A DNA stretch of 64,000 bases from Geosiphon pyriformis uo1 (GCA_016748015.1 JAAOMT010000519.1:57906-121905); one strand, 5' to 3'. Counted from the first letter of the stretch, positions 25,671 to 40,539 are shown. The notes: a model not told the origin generated them from the letters alone. Translations and numbers: made by a program.

Positions 25671-28537
25671 TTCTGTCGTTTTTAATTGATAGGTTCAAAA
25701 TCTTTTTTCTGTAATCTATTCATTCCGACTAGCCATTAATGTTATTGTGATTGACGATTTTATTTTATTTTATTTTTTTGATCTAAAAAGAAATCGCTAA
25801 CTCTTGAGGGTTTCGAAAATATATATGCATCTCTCCATGAAATTAAATAGTATTACCCTAAAAATCTTTTAAACTATGAAAATCCCCACTTGGACCAATA
25901 AATACATGTTTGATTTACCGGGAAACTGGTCAACTTTGTACTACATAACCAAAAAATAAAAAAATAAAAAAAAATTATTTCTCTAAATAGGATAATGATC
26001 GTAGCTTTCGTAAATCCCCCAATTAAAAAAATCTTTCCAATTACAATTTATCTTTTTTGAAAATGAAAAAAAAAAAAACCTTTTAAATCCTAATTACATG
26101 ATTTTACCGTACACATGCATCTTTGAATCATACATTTTTACTCCACAATTTTTTGCATGAATATATTAAGGTTTTCTCGAAAAAAGATTTGGAAAAAATT
26201 TAAATAAATAACATATCAAATCAGATCATTAATACTTTGGTTAAAGATTTCTCTGAAAAAAAAAAAACTTTTGCTTTGTTTATTGAAAACGCGTAATCCT
26301 TTTCAAAGCTAACTATTTTTTACAATTATTAAATTTATAAAAATTTTTTCAATCTAACCACCAAATTTTAATAAAAAATAATTTTCTCAAGTCTCCAGTT
26401 GACTAAAAAGAAAATTTCCAATTATGAGCACTTCATATAATGTAAGCGATAATTACTTTTTAACATCTTCCCTATATACATTCTATATGTTTTCAAAATA
26501 AAAAAAAAATTTTTATGTTTCACGTGTAAAGAATCAAAATTTTTTTTTCCTACATCATTTACATATTGAAGCTGCAAACAAATATGTTGCTATTCAATGA
26601 TTTAAAAATCTTTTTTGCTGCAAGTGAATTTATTATCGAACAACCAATATTAAAGGATCGATGAATTTCAAAAGCAGACTATGGTTTCACAATCATTTTT
26701 TCGGATTTTTCTGCAGTGTACACTACATTTCCAAAATACTTTGCTATATAATTGATTTGTGGTTAACATCATTTTTACCACTTTCAATTGAAGTTGACCT
26801 GTCGCTCATCATCACTTTGAAAGTGTTTCAAAGACCTTTTTTTAAAAAAAATCAGATCATTGAATTGCAAATCAAATCAATCTTAATAATATTATATAGT
26901 TGAAAAATTAAAAAAAAAAAAAAACCCCCCTCACTGCATTTACACGTTTCTTTGCATCATCTCGAAAAACCAAGCTACAATTGATTTTCTCTTGATATTC
27001 TCCTCGCATTCTCTCTATGCATTAAAATAATAACGTTTCTTGGTTTTCTTTTAATAAAATGAGATTATTAAGAATTGTAAAACTTGCTTGGTAGAAAAAT
27101 TAATCGCATCATCATCATCAGCATCATTAAAGTTTATAAAGAAATCGATTGCATAATTTTTTCGGTTCATAAAATCTTCGATTTCGAATCGTTCAAAGCT
27201 TCAAAATAAAAAATAAAAAAATTTTTGAAAAACTTTTAAAGCTTTGAATATTTTTAATCAAATTAGGAAAAATTAATCGTTCTTGTCTTAACCTTTTCAG
27301 GGCTATCTATCTTAGTCATTTTAGAAACGGTTTATATATTGACAAAAAAAAAAAAAAAATTGCATATTATTGTATTATATCTATGACGCCGCGCATTAAT
27401 TTTTATCCTCTCTCATAAAAGGATTCAATATTTAAAACAAAAAATTTTGTTCAAATCAAAATTAAAAAATTATGGGGAAACCCGTCGATTTCCAAATCAA
27501 GAATAAATGATCAATTCAATTTTTCCGATTTTTCAAAAACGCTTAAAACTGAAATGCTAAATCTACCGATCAAAGGTCGATGATTACAAACGAAATTCAA
27601 GGAAAAAATATGAAAAAGTTCAATAACTTATTGAAGTTAAAATTGGCAAAAAACAGCTGTGAACAAAGAATCCTCAAATATGTCTAAAATCTTTCAGACA
27701 ATGAAACGAACTCTCCAGAAAAGGATTTCACACGTCAAAAAGTACTTATTTTCGTTAACTTTAACACCATTACTAACACTTTAACATCCATTACTATTAC
27801 TAACTAGGAAGATCGATCAACCCCGACCAACTCATCGTCATCTTTTTCGCCTTCGTCAAGCTTGCGTCATTCTCAATTTGTCCCTCGTTGACAAAAAAAT
27901 TTTCGAATTCCTGTTTAGAAATAATTTTCGTTAGATTCACGTATTGTTAACTGGAAATTTCGATAGAATTTTTGCGGAAAAAAACTGTATTAATTAGATA
28001 GAAAATTTTTGTGTAATCATTGTGTATAGGAGAGAGAAATGCCTACTTATCTTGTAGTAATACAAAAAAAAAACAGATAACCTAAACCAAATTTATTTAT
28101 ATTTTGTATTTGCCTTCCCAAACACCATCAATAGGTTTTTTTAACATATCCAGCTTTTAAAACCATATATTATCAATAACACACCACACCACACGACTGT
28201 GTTCATGCTGCAGGGGACATTGAGAAAGATAAAGATGTAGCTTTTGCGCCTAATGCATTATCTGCATGCAATGTGCGAAATGAGAGCAAATTTCGCCGTT
28301 TTCTATGATCCAATTAGGTAAATAAATGTGTCCTTGGCTTCCTTCCCCTCCTCATTTAAATCTACCGATAATTTAAAATTGAATCATCATCATCATCCTC
28401 ATCATTGATGCACAAATAATTTTTATAGCCTTTTCCATCCGTGGGAATCTGTTGGATACAAGCGAGCCAGGTAACGAGAAATTTTCAAAGTTTTTATGAT
28501 AATTGTGATTCATTAAGTGAAAAGTGTTTGGTAAAAG

Positions 28538-28572
<35 letters not shown>

Positions 28573-28961
28573 CTTTAACTCTCATAAACCGTGTACATTG
28601 GCATTGAAAAAATTTTAATCCTAAAAAAATATGGGATAAAATTTATTAATCTTGAAGAATTTTTCATCTATCACAATAATCAGGCAAATTTTTTTATTTT
28701 TCTTTTACAATTTATTCTCATTTTCCCTTTTTTTCTAAACTTTCTATCGAACTTTCACTTCAAGAAATATAATTGCGTCATAAGGTGTTGTTGATGATGC
28801 TCATTAAGTTCAGAGAACTGATAAATTTGGGAAAATTGTACAATAGTTATTGCAAACCCAATGATGATTTGTAATTTTATGATGTTATAATTGTGTTTAT
28901 TTTAATTTCGATATAATTTGGAGAACAGATTGATTATTTTAAATTTTAATAGGAAAAATTA

Positions 28962-29017
<56 letters not shown>

Positions 29018-29848
29018 TAAAATTCATTCTTGAAGGCTAAATTCATATTGTACAAAAAAGGCAAGCCCTAAAAGAATTCAAGTTTTAAGAGAAACAAGTT
29101 GTTGTTGTAATTGATTCAAAGAATTATATTTGGAATTTTTAACAATGAAATTATTAATTGTAACAATTAAGATTTGAAAGTTCATACATAGATACTAGGT
29201 TTCATTCATACACTTCTCCGGTTATTCCTTTTCCTTCATTCTCTTTTGTCCTCCCTTTCCCCCTTTTCTCAATCGCACAAGGATCAAGATCATCTTATCA
29301 TTATCAATTAAATTTTGATAATAAAAAATACAAATATTGCTTAATAATAAACGACACGATTGTCATCTCGTTTTAAATCAATGATCAAACTTTAATTAAT
29401 CCAGAAATTTTAAGAATTTCGGGATGCATAGACGAAGAGAGTTCAAAGAAAATTAGAATAAACCTAAAGATTACTTAGAAAACTCAAAGGTTCGATAAAA
29501 GGGGACCAACAAAAAAAAAGCCATTTCATAATAGATAATCTATAATTACACAAAAAATTTGAAAAACCTGTTTTGTTTCGGTTCGGTTTTGATTTTGGTT
29601 TCTTTTGTTTCGTAAATTTTTGTTGTTGTTGTTGCTGTTGTTGTTGTTGTTGTTGTTTATTTGTTTTCATTATTCTATCAATTCTGGTTTTACCAATTTG
29701 AGAGAGGACTGAATCCCCGAACACTAAAAAAACCCTTTCATTTTTTTTTTCTCCATTCGATTCGATTGGATTCGATTGGATTGGTGATCACTAGCGTCTA
29801 TGCCAAACCTTTTTTTTTTTTTTTTAAAGTAATACAAAAAACTTATAC

Positions 29849-29914
<66 letters not shown>
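22842..29914. repeat. Dense cluster of microsatellites: (GAT)n, (TAAA)n, (CAT)n, (AAT)n, (CTA)n, (ATT)n, (TTG)n
   Basis: Read directly at about 22862-22895, 23970-24021, 24288-24314, 24625-24667, 25616-25670, 28539-28572, 28963-29015, 29620-29656 and 29849-29914. Confidence 0.9.
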
Positions 29915-29916
<2 letters not shown>

Positions 29917-30515
29917 AAAAAACTAAAACTAGAATTCCATTTTTTCTCGGTGCAAATCAGCATCAATTTGTAAATCTTTTAAAAATATTTATCACACTTT
30001 TTCGATTTATCTTATCTTTTGTTCCGGTGATGATGATCAAAAGTGAAATTATGGATATTGATTCACGTACTTTTTGTTGTATTATTTACAATACTTTTTC
30101 ATGAGTATTCGAATAATAGACTGTTCGTCATTGATTGTACATACGTTAACTTACTTAAAATACTTTAATTGATTTTTAAATCAAATGTACTCTATTTTCT
30201 TGGTTTCACCCTTTTTTACCCCCTTTTTTAAGCTTATATATCGCAATACAGTTGTAGATATGCAATTCATAAAAATTGTTGATCATTAGTACTTTTTCTT
30301 GCCCAATCAAGAGTTCAGTTTTAGCTTTCTTTCCCACACGCGCGCGCGAAAAAGAGTTTACCTATTACTGAATCTGATAAATTAAGGTTTTTTTATGTGT
30401 AAAAAATAAAATAAAATACGAAATAATGATGTTTCCGCAGCATTTCATTCGACAACCACATAATATGCTAACAACGTAATAGTGATATATTAACCCTAGT
30501 AGCGTGTGCATTCAA

Positions 30516-30523
30516 TATAAAAG
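30516..30523 (+). promoter_or_regulatory. Putative TATA box of the FYVE/Pib2-like gene
   Basis: TATAAAAG about 300 nt upstream of ATG 30820, followed by a C-rich tract. Confidence 0.5.
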
Positions 30524-30819
30524 CCCAACCTCCCGACCAAACCCCACCTTTCCCGACCTACATCTCATAACAATCCAACTGTTTCTCTTCGAACCAAGTT
30601 TTAGACTTGCAATTTTTTCTCCACCCTTTGTTCGTTTCATGAAATATATATTAGAATTTAACGAATAATTTTGAAATTATTAATCTTTCCTCCGAGTATA
30701 TTCATTTCTCGAACCTCATTTTTTTTTTCAATTCGATTTTCTCGAAAATAATAATAAATCTTTCAAAGTTTTCACGTATTTTTAAACTTTTTTTTTTTTT
30801 TTTCAACCAAAATTTCAAA

Positions 30820-32077
30820 ATGACTGATATTTACGCATTGACACGTCGAAAACGACCAACCCATCTTACTTTGGGAAATAATCCTTTTGAATTTGCAAAA
30901 ATGCGTCAACAATCCATGAAACAACAGCAACAACAACAACAACAACAACAACAACAACCAAAAAGACCAACTCCAGCTGGAAATATTTTGCAAAGATTAA
31001 CTTCTAGCGTTGTTCAAAAATCTCCAAAGATCCAAACGACAACCACTAAAAGTGTGACATCAACATTAGGAAAACGTGATCCAATGGTTCGTTCTTCAAC
31101 TATCCCTTCAAACACTACTACCCCCAATACTCGACAAAAAACATCATCCAAAAACCTTGTCTACGGTTATTTTAATGGAAAAGAAAATTTCGGAAAACCT
31201 GTTGATGATGCAGAAATTTTATTCTCTGGGCTAGCTACTGGACCACCATCCAAATCTCACTGGAAGGTTCGTAAAACGCATTCAACATCAATTATTTGAT
31301 AAACTTTTATCTAAATTCTTATTTCTTTTTCTAATAAATTTTAGCCTGACTCTGAAGCAATCAAATGTTCAATGGCATGTTGCCCTCGTGAATTTGGATT
31401 ATTTGAAAGAAGACATCATTGTCGAAGGTTGGTAATATTTTCAGTATTTCACTTTTAATACATTCTTCCCACCAAATAATAACAATGTTTTCTCGTTATT
31501 CTTTTTCATCCTAGATGTGGTGATATCTTTTGCTCGACACATTGTTCACACTACATTCGCTTGGACCAAAACTCGAACTTTAATTTGGCCGGTTCAGCAT
31601 CTCGTGTTTGTGACCGATGCTACGAAGAATATGTTCGTCTCATACAAAAATGTAAAAAAGCTGATCGAAAACTGGCCGAACAAGAAATCTATGGCCAAGC
31701 TCAACGTCGTCTCCAAAGACGTGATAGTGGGTATTTCACCTCGGGTAGCAGTTGTGGTAGTGATGACAGTTTTGAAAATCAGGCAGCCATGAAATATAAG
31801 GTTGCTTCCAAGAAGCTTAAGCCTGAGCGAAAAGATGATGGTATGTTGACAAGAATTATATTCATGATATTTTACATGTCATTTGAAATTTTGAGAATAT
31901 ACCTCTTAATAATAATTATATTTTCGCTTTAATTCTTTAGACCCTTCAACGTTAAAAACCCAAAAACATCCATTTGATGCTCAAGGTCTACCACAACAAA
32001 TATTAGAAGAGACCCAAACAAACATAAAACACTATGCAATCTCGATCAAGAAAACTTGGGATTGGTCCACATTTTAA
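30820..32077 (+). CDS. PIB2: FYVE-domain protein, Pib2-like (TORC1 regulator); 4 exons
   Basis: Exons about 30820-31266, 31345-31427, 31516-31840, 31941-32077 give GPPSKSHWK|PDSEAIKCSMACCPREFGLFERRHHCR|RCGDIFCSTHC...RVCDRC (WxPD, RHHCR, RVC = FYVE) and the C-terminus WDWSTF*, like the Pib2 tail motif (yeast WNWSSF). PolyQ near the N-terminus. Confidence 0.85.
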
Positions 32078-32127
32078 TAAAATTTATTCGCCACCATAAT
32101 GAACTTATTCGTAGAGAACATTAGCTG

Positions 32128-32160
<33 letters not shown>

Positions 32161-35100
32161 TATTCATCATCCACACGAATCCGAGCAGCGGTAACAATTG
32201 GGTCACCAAAAAATTTTGGTTTCATTTTGATAAATAAAAAAATCGCATGTACAAGTTACTTCTCAATCACTAGCATACTACACAAACATATCATCATTAA
32301 AACATCATTGGCATCATCAAAAAAGAATTTAGTGACCATTTATCAAAACTTCAAAACATTTTAGACCCCAAAGGACTTTTTGGATCAAAAAACCCACTAT
32401 TTCGATAGTTATTATTTCACCCCCCTAAAAATGTAAAGTTCAATTACTTCCCCCCCCCTTTTTTTTTATATATCGTTCATGAGGAAAATTGTGATTGTTA
32501 AAATTTTTTTTATTGGTTTTTGATATTGTTTAAAAGTGTAAAATAGTCTTAAAAGTAAATAAAAAGTATAATAAAACTTCCCTTTGAATACAAAAAAGTG
32601 GCTTAATAAAAAATGTATTTTGGTATCCCCAAAAGCACTAAATTTTCTTAAAATTGACAAAATTATTGTTTGTTGATAAAACCAAATAAATGTCGATTGA
32701 TAATTTTACACGTGTACACGTCAAATACACCAAGGCTGTGAGCAACATTCAGGGTCCGTGAAGCTCAAACCAAATATTTTACCTCTCACGGTCTGTCAAA
32801 AAAGGTTCTCAATCTGAGAATAATAAACGCGCTTTTGAATTTTTGAAGCTCTTTCTCCTGCTGGAAGAATCCATGAAATAAACAAAAGCCATTCTCCATT
32901 ACCCGAAAACCTGTTTGGATTCTGGGAATGAATGTTTTTAAAAATATTGGCAACAAGATAAGACCGACCACTTTAGGATTGATAACTGGTTATAGTAACT
33001 TTACAACCTATACACTGACATATTAATTGCGTCATCTGTATTCGTTATGTTAACTAGTTAAAGATTATCAGTTACCCAGATAGCATTAATAATTTCCATT
33101 GGATACGACCGACCATATAAGGAATCTGATCTCAATTATGTTTTATTTTATCAGATTTTAATCTAATTAATAATTATTAATGACTATAATAAGAATTTAC
33201 TTAAAAACCCGGGTTACACCCGAAAGTCAAAAACCTAAATTTTGATTTGATGGAGGCTTGTCGACCTTAAAATTATTAATCAAGGTTGGGCTTTGCCCCT
33301 TTTTTTATTGATTGATTCCTTTCAATTATTTTCTTTGGTCATTATAAAAGATATTTTATTTTCATGAAAAGGAATGTTATAAATATATAAATTATTTATT
33401 ATTATTATTATTATTATTACTATTATTATAAACACGAAATTCTTGATTCAAATCCTAAAAACCTTGTAATTCTCTTCTTTTTTTTTTTTTTGAAACCTTG
33501 AATTTTTAGATTAAATAATAAATTAGAATTTCCAACATCATTTGTCATCGGTGGATGCAAAAAAGATTGGTTTTTCAAATCGCAGATTCCCCATTAAATT
33601 AGATGAATGATGGTCTCATAGATGCACAGGGATGTATGTTATGCAGACACTCGAATCATCAATCAGAACATCTCATTTTGTGAATGAGGTTTCTCCCATT
33701 TGCCAATGAGCCTGGTTTAAGTTTGGGAAATTTTTTTATTTTACTAATGCCGTTCTAAACTGAGAAAGGAATAAAAAAAATTTCAAAGGTCATGCTTTGG
33801 AACTCATTTATGATGCGTAAAGCTCTTCAAAATACTTTTTTTAATATGATCAAATACTCTTTAGACCAAAAAACTTACTTTTTCCTATCCAGACATTAAA
33901 AAGTTGTAAGTTATTTTGTATTTTGAAATAAGGCAGTTGATTTTTTTCATACATATTTTTTATCCAATTTAAATAAAAGATCAAACTTGTATTTATAATT
34001 ATATTTATGATAATTAAATAAATTTTTGTATTATAAATTTTTAGAAATACATAATAATATATGATTAGATTCTTTTTTTCATAAATTATATATATATATA
34101 TATATTATTATTAAAATTAAGTAAGAATAAATTATACTTTAATAATTTAAATTCTTATTTGATTAAATTATTTTATTAATAAAATACAACCATATTTTCA
34201 TAGTTTGAGTTTTATATTTATATTAAATAAATCTTTATGCTTAAAAAAAAAACATACTTTATTTTTTAATTATTTTTGATTTCACCATTTTATTACAATA
34301 ATCTTATTTTCATGTATTGTATTTTGTTAGAGAGAGAGAGAAAAAAAACTGCTATTACCAAAAAAGTTTTTAGCCGGAAATTTATTTTCAAAAAATTGAT
34401 AATATTAAAAATTAGAATTTTATTTTTTGTGTCCTCTTTATAAATTTACTTTGAAACCAATCACTAATTTACCAGAAAATGGATTAATTTTTTTTATGGA
34501 TATACTCTTTGTCGAATTAATAAAATGAAAAAAAATTCAAGCAAGTTTCTTATTACTCTATTCAAATATAAATTGGTTCAATTGTATACATTAATTTCTT
34601 GACACAAGCTTAATATTATAATAAATTGTTACTTGTTCAAAAACTATATACTTTTTGTTACATAGCTTTAAAATGCCGAATAAATTGTATTGCTTTACAA
34701 AATTTATTTTAATATACTCAAAGTAATTAAAAATTTTTTTTCTAATTTAACGATTGATTAAAATTTCTTTTCAAGTTTCTAGCTTATTCTAAAAGTTTTA
34801 CTTATAAGATGTTACATGTTTTAAATAAATTTACCATCCTCAAAATTCAAGTACAATTTAATTGAAATTTAATTTAAAATTCACAATTTTTCCTTTTTGA
34901 AGAATCTTTTTTAAAATCAAATATACATTAAACTTAAAGTAATGCTGTTATTTGACTTCGAATTTTTGATAATCATGATTCTAGAATATATCATAAAATG
35001 CTTTGTCATAGCAAATATTTATTATAGAGTCAAAAAAAAAATAAAGGACTGTTGCAATGGTTACTCGTGATTGGATCAATTCTCAAAATCTACCTTTACT

Positions 35101-37162
35101 TTCAAGTTTAAATAATCCATGTGTTAATATTTTGAGCCAAAATTTTTTTTAAAAAACACTTGGATCAAGAATATGAAAAATTTTCATTAAATCCCACAGA
35201 AACTTGTTAAAAGATCTTGATTCTTTGACATATGTTTTTAAGCAATCAAAGTTGTAATCTCGTCTTCCTGAATCCATATCCTGACAGCTATTGTTCTTCG
35301 GTGATGATGATATTTGTAATTTATGAAGATCTTGCTTGATATTCTTCGGATAAATTTCGTAAAAAAACACAAACGCTCGAGTAATTAAAAAAAGGTTAAC
35401 CAACAATGCTTCTTTAGAAATAGTATGAGGTGCAAGATAATTTATTTGGGTTTTTCTTATCTTTAAAAAAGATGTGCAATCAATTTTTTTTGGGCTCAAA
35501 AATAATCAAAAAATGGGGCAAGTATCGACGACCAATATTCATTTCATATTCCCAATGCTTGTTTCATTCTAATCAAGTTTTATTCCCCCTACTTGAGAAA
35601 GATTCAGAGATCCATAGTTGTTAAAGAAAAATCGATGCCTTAGAATTTACTACGTATTTTAACTAAAATTTATTATAATACCCAAGATTAAAGTCTGGGT
35701 TAAAAATTTTTTTTAAAAATACACGTATCTCAATACGCTCATTTATTGGTGCTTTCGATATATTGGTTATTATGCATTGAAAACGTGGTTTCCCCGGTTT
35801 AAACCAAGTCAAGAAAAATCTTTGAAATTCGTCTTGTTGCCTGAAAGAAGTTTTAAAAGCTAACGAGACTGATTAGTGGCCTACATTAAGATTTCCATTA
35901 AACTTGATTTTTCTGAAATGTTTATTTTATTTTATTATTGATACGTTATATCATGGATTTCTCAAATTTCATCAATCATTCGTCAAAATTTATTACAATG
36001 AAATTCGATTTTTTTCGCAACGTTAGTTCCAAGGTTTTCTTCTATTAAACCCTTGATGATGATTTTATCTTTCTTGATATAATAGTATGATGTTCTCATT
36101 AGAATAATTGGTTCATTATACCTTTGACCATTATAATATATAATATATCTTGTTTAAATATTGTACACGTAGGATCAGTCCTTTTTGCTTTCACTTTTTT
36201 ATGGGAACATTAAATTTACTAATCGATTAATTGATCAATTTTGATTAAGTTACTGATAAATTAGACTTTCTAGAGAGAATTCAGTTATTTTCAAGTGTGA
36301 TCGTTTCAAAGTCATATGGTGATCTTATAATTTATTTATTTATTTTTCAATCCGACTCAAAATTGAATTTTTTCTTCAAATTTCAAAGATTTTAGCAAAT
36401 ATCGATAAATTTTAAAATTTAAAATAATGTTTTATTTTTCTTCCCATTTATAAAATTAATTTTAAACCCGTTATCTAATATGAGATATCATGATAAAATT
36501 TTCTGAGTTCATTCATTGTTCATCCCTGCTAATTAATATTTTGTCCATGAATTTGATTTCAATATAATGTAAAGATAAGCCAAACGTAAAAACTTTGATT
36601 GGATAGACGAACACTTAAAATCAGTCTATGAGTTAAATGAAAAGGTTATTAAATACATGTAGGAAACTAGGAAAATTTATAGATCACCTAAAGTATATTA
36701 GAATAAAGAGGTAATGTTTAGAAAGATTAAAGTGTTAATACTAATTGAATTAGCTCGTGAATGAAATTAACTCAATAATCGAATCTACCTTTAGTGATTA
36801 ATGAATTAAAAAAACAACAACAACAACAACAACAACTATTTAACAAATGGAGCTTGAAAGAATATACCAAATCATTTTTTGATGAAAGGTTTCTATTTTA
36901 TCTGGATCGATCCGTAGTTTGAGCTCAAAGTTATAAAATTCCAAATTTTATCAAATGCTTTTCAGTTAAAAGATATCAATTACCCAAAAATAGTTTTTGC
37001 TTGTGACGTAATGTTTAATTTACTTTATTTCGATTAAACAAATCAAAGACACTTGAGGGAAATCGTTAAATAACATTTTTTGTACAAAACACAAAGCTTT
37101 TACAAGAGACAATAAATATTCTATAAATCTAGCCCCTATATATCAAATGTAAAAGGAAATAT

Positions 37163-37694
37163 CTATGACTCATATTGATCAGCATACAATTTTTCGGCAG
37201 CTTTATTAGCATTACGTTTGGCTTTTTGTTTGTCGACAAAGTCTAAACCTTTGGTTTCGATAAGCTGGAGTATTCAAAGAAATAATAGAAAAAACTTGTT
37301 TACTCAACATTATTCCAATTATTTTTGCTCCATTTCATTTAAATAGAACAATCAATAATTACCTTATCAGCCTCAGCAGCTACAATAGCTGCCAAAGCAG
37401 CTTTGGCCGTTGAGTGTGGGTCACTAGGATTACGTTTCTTTTCATAAAGCTTGAATGCTTCAAAAGCAGCTGCACCAGCTACGAGTTGATGGGATACATG
37501 AGATTCATGGCCTTTAAGAGCTTCGGCGGAGTCCTGGTGAACCTTCTTGTGATGACTTTCGGCTTTAGAAATGTTAAAATCAGAGGTATCGAATTCTATT
37601 GAAATGAAGTGATTAAAGAATTCATATTTTAAGTTTTGGCAATATTCTAAAGTAAAATTATTAGTTCTTTTTACAAATTCTTACCGTGAGACAT
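37163..37694 (-). CDS. CipC-like small protein (DUF3759 family), 3 exons; not in the ORF track
   Basis: Exons 37694-37685, 37562-37363, 37264-37163 (GT-AG) give MSHAESHHKKVHQ...HVSHQLVAGAAAFEAFKLYEK...HSTAKAALAAIVAAEADK|LIETKGLDFVDKQKAKRNANKAAEKLYADQYES*. HxLxAGAAAxEA and ETKGLDFxD are CipC hallmarks. Confidence 0.88.
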
Positions 37695-37797
37695 TATGAA
37701 AAATTGTATTTTTTTTTAATGGAAAGTTTGTATGGATTGGATTTTGTATTTGAATGCAATTGAACGATAAAAAAAAAAGAACCGGCGAAAAGGGGGG

Positions 37798-37806
37798 CTT
37801 TTTATA
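37798..37806 (-). promoter_or_regulatory. Putative TATA box of the CipC-like gene
   Basis: TATAAAAAG on the minus strand about 105 nt upstream of ATG 37694. Confidence 0.55.
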
Positions 37807-40539
37807 AAAAAATTGAGTTACAATTTTAAGTCGTCTCTAAATTCGTAAGTTCAATTTCAAACAGTCTTTTGCTATGTCGCGGCTTTCTCGGTTATTACAT
37901 AAAACTCAAAATAACTTAAACTCGATGAATTCTTTTACGGGTAAGTTGCGTTTTAGGTTAACAAAAGTGATGCGACATACCCGTGTTGCATTGAGCTTGT
38001 CTACAAAGACTTGCTGCTAATGCCGTAACATCAAGTCATTTTTAAATTTGATTCTAACCTCGAATGTAAGTTCCGGTATCAGACCACTGCCACTCTAGAT
38101 CTTTCCGAATCTTGAATTGATAATGCGTTTTATCACATATCAATCAGTTAATCGTAGATGGCTAAGCTGCAAAATACATACGATTGACGAATAAGATCAT
38201 GTAAATAAAAAGCAGCTAGTTCACCTGATCATAATACTCATAACTGATCAGAGGAGAATAATACAACGACTACATTGTCATAATACTTATCCTATTAAAA
38301 GAATCTAGAGATCCATCTACAAAAATGTGAAATGGCATTTAATTGTCGCTGTAAAGATCTAGTCTCGTTTAATTTGAGGAACAAATAACCTCAAATTGAT
38401 AAAATCTTCAAAATTCGACTTTTTCAAACTCCAGAATGTTGATTTATGGTAGCATTAGAGACTGACTTTAATTCTAATTTGATATGCATTTACACTTGCC
38501 TTTTAAATAATCCTGAGAACAGGAAAATAAAGGCTGCTTCTTCATGCATGGGTAGACAATGTAATAACAGTTTTGGCCAATGATAATTGATTTTTGCAGC
38601 AAAACATTATAAGGTTTTACAAACTTCAAAATCTCACGCTTTTAATGCAGCCATCTAAAGCTGGGAAATTGGTCGAAAAAACCATCGGCCTTCAAAGATT
38701 CACTTTTGAAAATCTGATTCAATTTTCACCAAAGATTTTTCCATGTTCTATGACCGATTCCCAATTAGGCGCTGTTCACCCGTGTTTCAAAGAAACTGTT
38801 GTACATGTACCTCATCAGATGGATCTTATCTTGCTATTGGATTTAGATTGTCAAAAAATTTGTGATGTTATCGACAGAATAATGCCTTTTTTGGCTTACT
38901 AGAGTTGAGAAATGCTTGATAGATTTTTCTTGGGAGGCAACAAGTATCACAACCCATCTTACCTTTTGCTTTTGCATACATTTTTCTTTGTATACCAACT
39001 AGTCTGATTTTACGGGCCTCATCTAGACTTTGAGATGAGAAAATTTCTTGCTAAGAGCTGTCAATGGACAAATTTTACTAATTTGAATAAAATACTTTAA
39101 ATGGAATATTAACATCGAAGCGTATATGTTTTGCCAAAAGATTTATATCATTTACCAATCACTCACTTAATAAATACAATGTCTTGCTTACCGATTTTAA
39201 TAATCTTAATGATTAATCAGTAATATCGATGATAGACCTTTAAGATCAATATGAAATAAATTTCTCATTGATTTAATTTTACTGCATAGAGGTAACATAT
39301 ATCAACATACAATTTTGTTTGAAATTTTTTTAGTTGAGTAAATTGTGAAATTTGCTTATAGCAGCTTGATACAAATTATAAACACTAAAATAAACAATTG
39401 AAAGGTTTGACTACTTGATTAGATTAATGACCGCAAAGGACTAAATTATTAACTATGTATATAAAAAATTTGTTATAACCAATTTTAATAAGTATATTTT
39501 TGTTCAATATATAAATTTTTTACCCACATTTCTTTATTTAAATAGGATAACTTTCAATAAAGTTTTCACAAACCATTTTTTATTGCAATTTTTATTTGAC
39601 AAATAAAATTCTTATTAAAAATATGTAATAAAGAATTAAATTAATCAAAGCTTGATTCATTAATTACTTATAAGAAATTAAAAAAGCTTTTATTGGTAAT
39701 TAAATAAAAATCAAATTTATTTAAAATAATATTTGCATTGTAAATTTAAAAAAATAAAAAAGAGTTAAACATTAAGTAATTAATTAATTTATATATTGCA
39801 ATTAAAATAATACAGAGTTATTTTTTAATTAATATAGAATTATCAATAATAATATATATATAATCAAATATGTAAGTTAAATAAATTTTTTAGTTTAAAA
39901 TTTAAGAAAGATACAGATTAAATATTTATTATTATGGTCTAATATTTAAACAATCTACATAACAGCTAAAACCACAAACAAAAAGTTTGCATAAAATTTT
40001 CTTTGTGATTATAAAAAAAAACACATAATAATATTTATTAAAATGCAATGTTGTTAAATCATCAAATTATTGTTTTTGTATAAAAAAAGACCATAATAGA
40101 TTTATTTTATAATTTTTTTTGTTTATAACAATTATAAAACTTAATATTTTAAATTTTAATAAATTTAATTAAATTAATATAAATAACATATATATTATTC
40201 AAATATGTACTTTTGTGGTTTTATAAATATTTTTAAAAAATAATTATTTATAAAAACTTTTTTCTTTCATACATTTCAAATTTCTTAAATTATACTATTT
40301 TGATAAAAAAAGTTTTTGTTTTTTACTTGTACTATTTCTCAATATTTTTAAAGACTTAAATATCTTTAAGACAAATTTAACAACTGTTTTTAACAGTAGC
40401 ATAACAAAAAAAAATGGCAAAAAAATTTGTTTATAATTTTGTTAGTAATATATATTTTTTAAAACAAAAAAACTTAGTTAAAAATATTAAACATTTAGAA
40501 AATAAAAAAACATATTTTTAATTAGATTTTTAGTTTTTG

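Noticed and set aside
22842-30104. ORFs with poly-M, poly-I, poly-Y, poly-Q or poly-N in the ORF track
   Set aside because: Translations of microsatellites, with no coding signal.
35149-35624. Overlapping ORFs or a possible F-box remnant (RLPESIS*QLLFFGDDDICNL*RSCLI)
   Set aside because: The following VNxxW/LW motif is absent; evidence too thin.
38594-38902. 102 aa ORF
   Set aside because: TTG start, no recognisable domain or splice partner.
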